Assembly (NCBI GenBank): GCA_002428565.1
Contig: DIXA01000046.1
Coordinates: 24,678 to 88,677, forward strand
Source: Anaerolineales bacterium UBA6092
Lineage (GTDB): Bacteria > Chloroflexota > Anaerolineae > Anaerolineales > UBA4823
Length of the DNA: 64,000 nt
Direction of reading: 5' to 3'
Made by a program: the position numbers and the translations under genes
Shown here: piece by piece, positions 1 to 8,194 of the stretch
Position numbering within the stretch: position 1 is the first letter of the stretch
Layout: each line of letters begins with the position of its first letter
Notes under the pieces: generated by a model
What the model was told of the DNA's origin: nothing
What the model saw: only the letters and a program-made list of their open reading frames with translations
The model's database searches: none

Positions 1-1997
1 CCTCCGGCGAGTTTCAACTTGAGCGGCTTGACCATGCCTACGCCAGCGCCCGCCCCATCATTGGTCCGGTAGATTACGGCTGGGAGCATTACAGCCGCGC
101 CCTGCGCACCGACCCCTCCCGCCCACCCGAGCTGCTCACCTGGGGCGGCGGGCCGCTGGCAGGCTCGCGCATCCCCGGCACACGCCGGCTGGTCTTTTGC
201 GGCTATTCGCCCCAGTGGGAAGGTTTCTACATCTCCAGCCTGGGCGGCGCCGCCCATGTGATGCACCGCGTGGGGGTCGATTTCATCACCATCCACGGCG
301 CCGCCGCGCAGGACTCGGTGCTGATCCTCAACCACAACCAGGGTCAGATCCAGGCGCGGCTGGAACCGATCCACGCCGACCTGCTGTGGAGCGGCTACCC
401 CGACCCGGATGGGGAAATGCTGATCGGTTTCTTTGCCTTGCAACAAGCCGTACTCGACCGCTACATCTCTGAGTACGATGGCGATTGGGTACGCGTGTTT
501 GCGGTGGGCCCGGCTGCCCGCAGCACCAACCAGGGCATCATCGGCAGCAGCCAGGTGAAAAAAGGCCGCCTCCTGCCCATCGAAGATTGGGCCGGGCGCG
601 GCGGGCTGGGCTCGCGCCTGCTGCAAACCCACCGCATCGCCGCCTGCATCTTCGGCGGCGATTGGGAAGACCCCGACCTGAAAGACTCGAAGGAGATCGA
701 CGGCTACTTCCAGCAGTACTACGGCGACTCGATGATCAAGGTGGACCTGGGCGCGGCCGAAAAATACCGCTATGTGCCCGGCTTCATGACCGGCGGCACC
801 TTCGGCGTCAACATGCACACCATGGATGATAAGCTCTGGTCGTACAATTACCAGTCCATCTACGAAACCGACCAGGCCCGCCTGGATCAGCACCAGCACT
901 TCATCCTCAACCATTACCTGAAGCAATTTAATGAAGAGATCATCCAGCCTCGCTCGCAGACCCACTGTGGCGAGCCCTGCTCCATCGCCTGCAAGAAGTA
1001 CGATCGCACCTACAAGAAAGACTACGAGCCGTATCAAGCCCTCGGCCCACTGTGCGGCATCTTTGACCAGCGCGCTGCCGAGGAATTGAACCACTTTGTG
1101 GACGCCATGGGCATCGATGCCATCCAGGCTGGGGGCACCCTCGCCTGGCTGATGGAGGCTTTCACCCGCGGTCTGCTCGATCCCGGGGATTTCGGCCTGC
1201 CCCCTGCCGACCAGATGGCCTTCCGCTTTGCTGCCGACCCTGCCCAGTTCGATATCGTTGGGGATTCGCGCCGCAACGCCGAGTATGCCATGCAGATCAT
1301 GCGCATGATCGTGCTGGAGCCAGCTGGGGGGCCCTTCCGCCAGGGCATCCGCACTGCCGCCCGCCTGCTGGATGAAGCCCATGCCACGCAGCCATCCATC
1401 TCTAGCCTGGCGGTCTACACCAGCCACGGGGCGCAGGGCTGCATGACCCCTAACCAGTATTGGGTGCCGGGCATGCTGGGGCCGATGATGATGATGGGCA
1501 AGTATTTCAACTACTACGGCGTGGATTACCTGCCCCCGCGCCAGTTGGGCCGCCGCAGCGTAGAGCGCATGGTCTACGAGCTGTTCAGCGAGAACACCGG
1601 CGTGTGCCGCTTCCACCGCAAATGGGTGGAGGCCATCGTGGATGAGATCATCGAGGCGCATTACCATTACGAGATGGATTACAAAGCCCACCAGTTCGAG
1701 TTGGCCCGCCAGATCGATGCCCTGGAAGGGACCGGGGTGTGCTTCTGGGAAAACGAGCGCACCATCGATATCATCGCCCAATACCTGGAAAAATGGGAGC
1801 GCCACGGTTTGAACGATGAAAGCCTGCACGAGTGGGTGCGCCGCTTCCGGGAGGATAAATGGGCCGCTGGGCGCTCTTACTGGGAAGAGATGCGCCTGGG
1901 CATCGCCGAGGCCTTCGCCGCCGGCGCCGAGGCCATCCCCGATGTGGTGGCTCCCTACCAAGCCGCCAAGATGGATGTCATGGAAAAGAAATCGTAG
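1..1997 (+). CDS. Aldehyde:ferredoxin oxidoreductase (AOR) family tungsto/molybdopterin enzyme; 5' end lies outside the window
   Basis: Frame 3 is stop-free from nt 3 to TAG 1995-1997. The ORF track starts it at GTG 258 only because no earlier start codon lies in the window. The translation (LTWGGGPLAGSRIPGTRRLVFCGYSPQWEGFYISSLGG, FAVGPAA, GRGGLGSRL, HCGEPCSIACKK, EPYQALGPLCGI, GIDAIQAGGTLAWLMEA) is colinear with Pyrococcus-type AOR as I remember it, including the Cys-rich Fe-S region. Confidence 0.8.
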   Translation, partial: SGEFQLERLDHAYASARPIIGPVDYGWEHYSRALRTDPSRPPELLTWGGGPLAGSRIPGTRRLVFCGYSPQWEGFYISSLGGAAHVMHRVGVDFITIHGAAAQDSVLILNHNQGQIQARLEPIHADLLWSGYPDPDGEMLIGFFALQQAVLDRYISEYDGDWVRVFAVGPAARSTNQGIIGSSQVKKGRLLPIEDWAGRGGLGSRLLQTHRIAACIFGGDWEDPDLKDSKEIDGYFQQYYGDSMIKVDLGAAEKYRYVPGFMTGGTFGVNMHTMDDKLWSYNYQSIYETDQARLDQHQHFILNHYLKQFNEEIIQPRSQTHCGEPCSIACKKYDRTYKKDYEPYQALGPLCGIFDQRAAEELNHFVDAMGIDAIQAGGTLAWLMEAFTRGLLDPGDFGLPPADQMAFRFAADPAQFDIVGDSRRNAEYAMQIMRMIVLEPAGGPFRQGIRTAARLLDEAHATQPSISSLAVYTSHGAQGCMTPNQYWVPGMLGPMMMMGKYFNYYGVDYLPPRQLGRRSVERMVYELFSENTGVCRFHRKWVEAIVDEIIEAHYHYEMDYKAHQFELARQIDALEGTGVCFWENERTIDIIAQYLEKWERHGLNDESLHEWVRRFREDKWAAGRSYWEEMRLGIAEAFAAGAEAIPDVVAPYQAAKMDVMEKKS

Positions 1998-2062
1998 TAA
2001 CGACTTCAGTCTTTACACGGAGCGGATTCGGCCGCTAAGCGACTAAAGTCGCTACTACGAGG
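1992..2062. repeat. Composite inverted repeat related to the hairpin at 39875-39908
   Basis: Left arm tcgtagtaacgacttcagtc (1992-2011) pairs with right arm gactaaagtcgctactacga (2041-2060) with 2 mismatches. The 29-nt spacer holds an inner 5-bp hairpin (agcgg..ccgct, 2021-2036). The left arm is identical to 39877-39896. The element overlaps the AOR stop codon and ends 28 nt before the glpK ATG. Confidence 0.6.
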
Positions 2063-2090
2063 AAAAGATCTTATTTTCAGAGGAGATGCC

Positions 2091-3602
2091 ATGAAAAAAT
2101 ATACTGCCGCCATTGATCAGGGCACCACCAGCACCCGTTGCATGATCTTTGACCACAGCGGCAAAGTCATCAGCCTGGCGCAGAAAGAGCACCGCCAGAT
2201 CTACCCCCAGCCCGGCTGGGTGGAGCATGACCCATTGGAGATCTGGGAGCGCACCCGCGAGGTGTGCCGCGAAGCCGTGGATAAGGCAGGCGCACAGCCC
2301 GGTGAGATCGCTGCGGTGGGCATCACCAACCAGCGCGAGACCACCCTCGTTTGGGATCGGCGCACCGGCAAGCCGTTTTACAACGCCATCGTCTGGCAGG
2401 ATACGCGCACCAAGCCCATCTGCGACGCGCTGGCTGCCGAGGGCGGGCAAGACCGCTTCCGCGCCCGTGCGGGCCTGCCGCTGGCGACTTACTTCTCTGG
2501 CCCCAAGCTGCAATGGATCCTGGACAATGTGCCCGGCGTGCGGGCTGCCGCCGAGCGCGGCGATGCGCTGTTCGGCAATATCGACACCTGGATCATCTGG
2601 TGGCTCACTGGCGGCCCGGAAGACGGCGCCCATGTCACCGATGTCTCTAACGCCAGCCGCACCCTGCTGATGAACCTGCGCACCCTGGATTGGGATGCCG
2701 AGATCCTCAGCCTCCTGGGCATCCCGCGTGCCATGCTGCCGCGCATCGTCCCCTCCAGCGACCCGAGCACCTGGGGCAGCACCCAACGCGACGGCCCCTT
2801 TGGCGAGGCCATCCCCGTCTGCGGCGACCTGGGCGACCAGCAAGCCGCCCTGGTGGGGCAGACCTGTTACAACGCCGGGGAGGCCAAGAACACCTACGGC
2901 ACCGGCTGCTTCATGCTGCTCAACACCGGCACCGAGATCGTCCCTTCGAAAAGCGGCCTGCTCACCACCCTGGCTTACCAGTTCGGCAGTCAGCCCGCCG
3001 TCTATGCCCTGGAAGGCTCCATCGCCATTACCGGCGCACTGGTGCAGTGGCTGCGCGACAACCTGGGCCTGATCAGCCAATCGGCAGAGATCGAAGACCT
3101 GGCCCGCAGCGTGGATGATAACGGCGGTATCTACTTCGTCCCGGCCTTTTCGGGCCTCTTTGCCCCTTACTGGCGTTCCGACGCCCGCGGCGCCATCCTC
3201 GGCCTCACCCGCTTCATCAACAAGGGTCATATTGCCCGCGCCGCCCTGGAGGCCACCGCCTACCAGACCCGCGAAGTGCTGGATGCGATGCAGAAAGATT
3301 CCGGCGTGACCCTCACCGCCCTCAAAGTGGACGGCGGGATGGTTTATAATGAGTTGTTGATGCAGTTCCAGGCCGATATCCTGGGCGTGCCAGTAGTGCG
3401 CCCACGCGTCTCCGAAACCACCGCCCTGGGTGCGGCTTATGCCGCCGGGCTGGCGGTGGGCTTCTGGGGCAACCTGGATGATCTGCGCACCAACTGGCAG
3501 GTGGCCAAAACCTGGCAGCCTGCCATGCCCACCCGGCAGCGCAACCAGCTTTACCGGAATTGGAAAAAGGCCGTTAAGCGCACTTTCAATTGGGTTGAAT
3601 AA
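2091..3602 (+). CDS. glpK: Glycerol kinase
   Basis: 503-aa ORF. Motifs: [20 protein letters not shown] (FGGY/actin-fold phosphate-binding motif), [19 protein letters not shown]. Full-length resemblance to bacterial GlpK. SD-like gaggag lies just upstream of the ATG. Confidence 0.95.
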   Translation: MKKYTAAIDQGTTSTRCMIFDHSGKVISLAQKEHRQIYPQPGWVEHDPLEIWERTREVCREAVDKAGAQPGEIAAVGITNQRETTLVWDRRTGKPFYNAIVWQDTRTKPICDALAAEGGQDRFRARAGLPLATYFSGPKLQWILDNVPGVRAAAERGDALFGNIDTWIIWWLTGGPEDGAHVTDVSNASRTLLMNLRTLDWDAEILSLLGIPRAMLPRIVPSSDPSTWGSTQRDGPFGEAIPVCGDLGDQQAALVGQTCYNAGEAKNTYGTGCFMLLNTGTEIVPSKSGLLTTLAYQFGSQPAVYALEGSIAITGALVQWLRDNLGLISQSAEIEDLARSVDDNGGIYFVPAFSGLFAPYWRSDARGAILGLTRFINKGHIARAALEATAYQTREVLDAMQKDSGVTLTALKVDGGMVYNELLMQFQADILGVPVVRPRVSETTALGAAYAAGLAVGFWGNLDDLRTNWQVAKTWQPAMPTRQRNQLYRNWKKAVKRTFNWVE

Positions 3603-3611
3603 GGAACCAGG

Positions 3612-6572
3612 ATGCGTCACATTCAAACGGAAATCCTCATCATTGGCGGAGGCGCCACCGGATCGGGCATCGTGCGCGACCTGGCCCTGCGCGGCTTCAA
3701 AACGGTGCTGGTAGAGCGGCGCGACCTGGCAACCGGCACCACCGGGCGCTACCACGGCTTGCTGCATTCCGGCGGGCGCTACGTGGTGCGCGACCCGCAA
3801 GCCGCCAAAGAGTGCATCGAAGAGAACCGCATCCTGCGCCGCATCATGCCGCAGTGCATCGAGGATACCGGCGGATTCTTCGTGCTCACCCCCGGCGATG
3901 ACCCCGACTACGTCCCGCGCTTCGTGCAGGGCTGCCAGCAAGCCGGCATCCCCTGCGAAGAGGTCCCCATCGCTCAGATGTTGCGCGCAGAGCCCCTGCT
4001 CAACCCCGCCATCACCCAATGCTTCCGCGTCCCCGATGGCAGCGCCGATTCCTTTCTGGCAGCCGACCTGAACGCCGCCTCGGCGCGCCAACACGGCGCA
4101 GAGATCCTCACCTACCACGAGGTGGACCGCCTGATACGCTCCGAGGACTGCGTGGTAGGCGCACTGTGCCACGACCTGGTGAAAGACGAAAACGTGCAGA
4201 TCGATGCCGACCTGGTGATCAACGCTGCCGGAGCCTGGAGCGGCGCCGTCGCCGGCACAGCCGGGATTTTCGTGCAGATTATCCCCGGTAAGGGCAGCAT
4301 GGTGGCGGTCAACCACCGCGTGGTCAACACCGTGATCAACCGCTGCAAGATGCCCTCCGATGGCGATATCCTTGTCCCAGCGCACACCGTGGCGGTGATG
4401 GGCACCACCGATATCAAGGTGGATAACCCCGATCAGTTCGGCATCGAGCCCTGGGAGATCCGCCTGATGCTGGAAGAAGGCGAAAAGATCATCCCCGGCT
4501 TCTCGGGCTTGCGCCTGCTGCGCGCCTGGGCCGGGGTGCGCCCGCTATACAATGAAACCAAGAGCGGCTATGCCGCAGCACAAAACCGCGAAGTCTCGCG
4601 CGCTTTTGTGCTGCTCGACCATGAAGAACGCGACGGTGTCAAGGGCCTGCTCACCATCACCAGCGGCAAGTGGACCACCTACCGCAAAATGGCCGAGGTG
4701 ACGGTGGATAAAGCCTGCCAGAAGCTGAACACTGCGCGCCCCTGCCGCACCCACCTGGAAACGCTGCCCACCCCCGAAGGGCATGGCGGCACAGGTTATC
4801 ATTATCTGGGCATGCGCCTGGCGCACATCGAACATGAGGCCGAGTATGGTCACCTGATCTGCGAGTGCGAGCTGGCCACCGAGGCCGACGTGACCCGCGC
4901 CATCTTACAGGGCGAGGCCAAAACCCTGGATGATATCCGCCGGGATGCCCGTCTGGGCATGGGCCCCTGCCAGGGCGGCTTCTGCACCCTGCGCGCCGCC
5001 GGGCTGCTGCACCAACTGCGCCACCCGGCGGTGATTGAGATCAACGTCGCCCTGCGCGATTTTCTTAAGGAACGCTGGAAGGGCCTGCTGCCCATCCTGT
5101 GGGGCCAGCAGCTGCGCCAGGAGCGCCTGAACGAGGTGATCTACTTGAACGTGCTCAATGTAGATCACCTGCCCGGCGGCAAAGCCTCACGCCTGGGTGC
5201 AGAGATGTACGCCCCGCCCGCCCCCGAGTCCTCACCGCCTGAAGCCCAGCGCCCGGCGCCTGCTGAACCCCGCATCCCTTCTACCAGCCACGGCCAACCT
5301 GGCCTGGATGTGCTGGTGATTGGCGCGGGGCTGGCGGGGCTGGTGGCTGCCTGGCAAGCCGCCTGGCGTGGGCAAAAGACGCGCCTGATCGCCAAAGGAT
5401 GGGGGACAACACATTGGGGCTCAGGCTGCATTGATTTTCTGGGGTACGACTCACCAGAAGCCACCCGCCCGGTCGATTCGCCCCTGCAAGGCATCCGCAC
5501 TCTGAGCAGCAGCAACCCCCAGCACCCCTACGCCCTGGCGGGAGAAGCGCTGCTGGCTGAGGCAATCAGTGAATTCCAGGCTCTCAGCACCGAGGCAGGC
5601 TACCCCCTGCACGGCTCGCTGGATAAAAACTGGCTCTTCCCCACCGCCGTTGGCGCTCGCCGCCCCACCTGCCTGGCGCCCGAAACCATGCTCGCCGGCG
5701 ACCTGAGCCTGCGCACCCCTATGCTCATCGTCGGCTTTGCGCAGTGCCCCGATTTCTACCCCAGCCTGGTAGCCGAAAACCTCAACGCCCAGGCCGTTTT
5801 TGCCAGTGACTTGCTGCTCGATCTGCCCAGCCTGCGCTCGCGCCGCTTTGTCACCGGCATGGTGCTGGCGCAGTTGTTCGATACGCCCGAGTTCCGCCGT
5901 GAGGTGGCCGAAGCGCTCAAGCCCAAACTGGCTAACGCCGCCCGGGTGGGCTTCCCGGCGGTCTTGGGACTGGATCATGCCCTGGAAGCCATGCACGATC
6001 TGCAGGAGCGCCTGGGCGTGCCTGTGTTCGAGATCCCCGGCCTGCCGCCCTCCATCCCGGGCATACGCCTGCACAAGATGCTGATTGCCGAGATCGAGAA
6101 GCACGGCGGGCGCGTCCTGGATGGCATGCAGGTGATCGGGGCAGAGACCGAAGGAGGCAGGATCCGCGCCGTCTTCAGTGAGGCCGCCGCCCGCCACAAG
6201 CCGCACCGCGCCGAGAAGTTCATCCTCGCCAGCGGCGGCATCCTCGGCGGGGGCATCCAGACCACAAATACTGGCTATGCGCAAGACACCGTCTTCGGAC
6301 TGCCCATCGACGCACCCCCCGCCCGCACGGACTGGTTCCAACCCGAATTCCTGTCTGCCCAGGGGCACCCCATCTTCCGTGCCGGCCTCACGATCGACCA
6401 ACGCTTCCAACCCCTCGACCCGCAGGGCCAACCCATCTACACCAACCTGTACGCCGCCGGCGGCATCCTGGGCGGCTGTGACCCGCTGCGCGAGCGCTCG
6501 CTGGAGGGCATTGCCCTGGTAACGGGCTATCTCGCCGGGCAGGCAGCATCTCTCGGAGCAAAGCAACCATGA
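3612..6572 (+). CDS. glpAB: Anaerobic glycerol-3-phosphate dehydrogenase, fused subunits A and B (GlpA-GlpB)
   Basis: Single 986-aa ORF. N-terminal half is GlpA-like: FAD motif ILIIGGGATGSGIVRDLALRG, GRYHGLLHSGGRY, and a BFD-like 2Fe-2S segment CECE..GPCQGGFC. A Pro-rich linker (APPAPESSPPEAQRPAPAEPRIPSTSHGQPG, about nt 5208-5303) follows. C-terminal half is GlpB-like with a second dinucleotide motif, LDVLVIGAGLAGLVAAWQAA. Confidence 0.88.
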   Translation: MRHIQTEILIIGGGATGSGIVRDLALRGFKTVLVERRDLATGTTGRYHGLLHSGGRYVVRDPQAAKECIEENRILRRIMPQCIEDTGGFFVLTPGDDPDYVPRFVQGCQQAGIPCEEVPIAQMLRAEPLLNPAITQCFRVPDGSADSFLAADLNAASARQHGAEILTYHEVDRLIRSEDCVVGALCHDLVKDENVQIDADLVINAAGAWSGAVAGTAGIFVQIIPGKGSMVAVNHRVVNTVINRCKMPSDGDILVPAHTVAVMGTTDIKVDNPDQFGIEPWEIRLMLEEGEKIIPGFSGLRLLRAWAGVRPLYNETKSGYAAAQNREVSRAFVLLDHEERDGVKGLLTITSGKWTTYRKMAEVTVDKACQKLNTARPCRTHLETLPTPEGHGGTGYHYLGMRLAHIEHEAEYGHLICECELATEADVTRAILQGEAKTLDDIRRDARLGMGPCQGGFCTLRAAGLLHQLRHPAVIEINVALRDFLKERWKGLLPILWGQQLRQERLNEVIYLNVLNVDHLPGGKASRLGAEMYAPPAPESSPPEAQRPAPAEPRIPSTSHGQPGLDVLVIGAGLAGLVAAWQAAWRGQKTRLIAKGWGTTHWGSGCIDFLGYDSPEATRPVDSPLQGIRTLSSSNPQHPYALAGEALLAEAISEFQALSTEAGYPLHGSLDKNWLFPTAVGARRPTCLAPETMLAGDLSLRTPMLIVGFAQCPDFYPSLVAENLNAQAVFASDLLLDLPSLRSRRFVTGMVLAQLFDTPEFRREVAEALKPKLANAARVGFPAVLGLDHALEAMHDLQERLGVPVFEIPGLPPSIPGIRLHKMLIAEIEKHGGRVLDGMQVIGAETEGGRIRAVFSEAAARHKPHRAEKFILASGGILGGGIQTTNTGYAQDTVFGLPIDAPPARTDWFQPEFLSAQGHPIFRAGLTIDQRFQPLDPQGQPIYTNLYAAGGILGGCDPLRERSLEGIALVTGYLAGQAASLGAKQP

Positions 6573-7852
6573 CCGCCCCCCAGCACCCCGTCGAAATGAG
6601 TTTGGATCAGTGCCTCAAGTGCAATATCTGCACCACCGCCTGCCCGGTCGCCGCAGTCACCGACCTGTTCCCCGGACCCAAGTACCAGGGGCCGCAAGGC
6701 GGGCGTTTCCGCCAGCCCGGGCAGCCCACCCCCGACCACTCCATCGATTACTGCTCCGGCTGCCGCGTTTGCAATATGGTCTGCCCTGCCGGGGTCAAGA
6801 TCGCCGAGATGAACGCCCGCGTGCGCGCCACCCTGGTAGAACAGGGCAAAGTGCCGCCCATGCAGCGCCTGCGCAACAACCTGGTGGCCCGCGCCGCCAC
6901 GTTGGGCAAAGTGGCCCAGCCGGTTGCCCCTCTGGCAAACCTGGCCCTCAGCCTCAAACCTGCCCGCTGGGTGGCTGAGGTGACCCTGGGCATCCATCAC
7001 CAAGCCCCCTTCCCGCCCTTTGCCAGCCAGCAGTTTGGCGATTGGTTCAAGAAACACCCCCGCCCCACAAACCCCACCCGGCAGGTGGTGTATTTCCACG
7101 GCTGCTCCACACAGTATTACGAGCCGCGCGTGGGCCGCGCCGCGGTGCGTGTGCTGGAGGCCAACGGCTTCGAGGTGCTTATCCCGCCGCAGAACTGCTG
7201 CGGCCTGCCGCTGCTCTCCAACGGCGAATTCAAGGCCGCCCGGCAGTACCACAAGAACAACGTGCGCTCCCTGGTCGAGTATGCCCGCCAGGGCATCCCC
7301 ATCGTCGGCACCTCCACCTCCTGCACGCTGACGCTCAAGGAAGAAGCCCCCGAGCTGCTGGATATGCACGACGAGGCTACGCGCCTGGTGGCCGAGGGCA
7401 CCTATGATTTCAATGAATTCCTGCTCCTGCTGCACGAAGAAGGCCGCCTGAAACTCGACCTGCACCCCATCCCGCTGACCCTGGCCTATCATGTGCCCTG
7501 CCAGTACCGCGCCCACCGCCTGGGCCGCCCCGGCACCGAGGTAATGAACCTCATCCCCGAGCTCAAAATCATCGAAAGCCAGGCCGCCTGCTGCGGCATC
7601 GCCGGCACCTACGGCTACAAGAAAGAGAAGTATGCCATCGCCCAGCAGGTCGGCAGCGAGTTGTTTGATTTCGTCCGCCAGGTCGGCGGGCCGGTGGCCA
7701 TCTGCGACAGCGAGACCTGCCGCTGGCAGATCACCCACGCCACCGGCGTGCCGGTTGTCCATCCGGTGGAACTGCTGGCGGCAGCCTATGGCTTCGAGTT
7801 AGAATCCCCCCTGGCAGAAGTAGCGGCGCTGCAAGCAGCCAGAGTGGGGTAA
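6569..7852 (+). CDS. glpC: Anaerobic glycerol-3-phosphate dehydrogenase subunit C (Fe-S / CCG-domain protein)
   Basis: The ATG overlaps the glpAB stop (ATGA at 6569-6572). Two ferredoxin-type motifs (CLKCNICTTACP, CSGCRVCNMVCP) and two Cys-rich CCG motifs (QNCCGLP, AACCGIAG). Confidence 0.9.
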   Translation: MTAPQHPVEMSLDQCLKCNICTTACPVAAVTDLFPGPKYQGPQGGRFRQPGQPTPDHSIDYCSGCRVCNMVCPAGVKIAEMNARVRATLVEQGKVPPMQRLRNNLVARAATLGKVAQPVAPLANLALSLKPARWVAEVTLGIHHQAPFPPFASQQFGDWFKKHPRPTNPTRQVVYFHGCSTQYYEPRVGRAAVRVLEANGFEVLIPPQNCCGLPLLSNGEFKAARQYHKNNVRSLVEYARQGIPIVGTSTSCTLTLKEEAPELLDMHDEATRLVAEGTYDFNEFLLLLHEEGRLKLDLHPIPLTLAYHVPCQYRAHRLGRPGTEVMNLIPELKIIESQAACCGIAGTYGYKKEKYAIAQQVGSELFDFVRQVGGPVAICDSETCRWQITHATGVPVVHPVELLAAAYGFELESPLAEVAALQAARVG

Positions 7853-7874
7853 GGACCCGCGAGGATTGTTAACC

Positions 7875-8123
7875 ATGACATCTCCAGAACCCAGCCCATC
7901 TGCTTTAAGAAGGCCCTTTGTGGTGTTGATCATCCTGCTGGTGCTGACCTGCATCGCCGTCTTTGGCATGCGCGCCTTCCTGCTGGAACACGCCCAGCCG
8001 CTGGTACACCCCACCTCTGACCCTGGCGGTGCGCCCCCCGCAGATACGGCTGCCCCAACGAGCGAATACCCTGCCATCCCCCAACCTCTCGCGGAGCCAT
8101 TCCTGCTCACCACCGATCCATAG
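7875..8123 (+). CDS. Small hypothetical membrane-anchored protein
   Basis: ATG 7875 is preceded by gagga (7861-7865). It has one hydrophobic helix (FVVLIILLVLTCIAVFGM) followed by a Pro/Ala-rich tail. No family recognised. The ORF track starts it at TTG 7866. Confidence 0.4.
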   Translation: MTSPEPSPSALRRPFVVLIILLVLTCIAVFGMRAFLLEHAQPLVHPTSDPGGAPPADTAAPTSEYPAIPQPLAEPFLLTTDP

Positions 8124-8194
8124 CCATACACCATCCTGGCCTTCATGAGTCTTGTCCGTAATCGATTGATCAACTCTACTTCAGGAGAAACGAT

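Noticed and set aside
1998-2090. Riboswitch or other metabolite-sensing leader upstream of glpK
   Set aside because: The structure is explained by the inverted-repeat element shared with 39875-39908. I recognise no known riboswitch consensus.
2055-4385. 776-aa minus-strand ORF spanning glpK and the start of glpAB
   Set aside because: It lies entirely antisense to two genes with unmistakable homologs. Its translation is Gly/Ala/His/Gln/Val-rich low complexity, typical of stop-poor antisense frames in GC-rich DNA. No recognisable motif.
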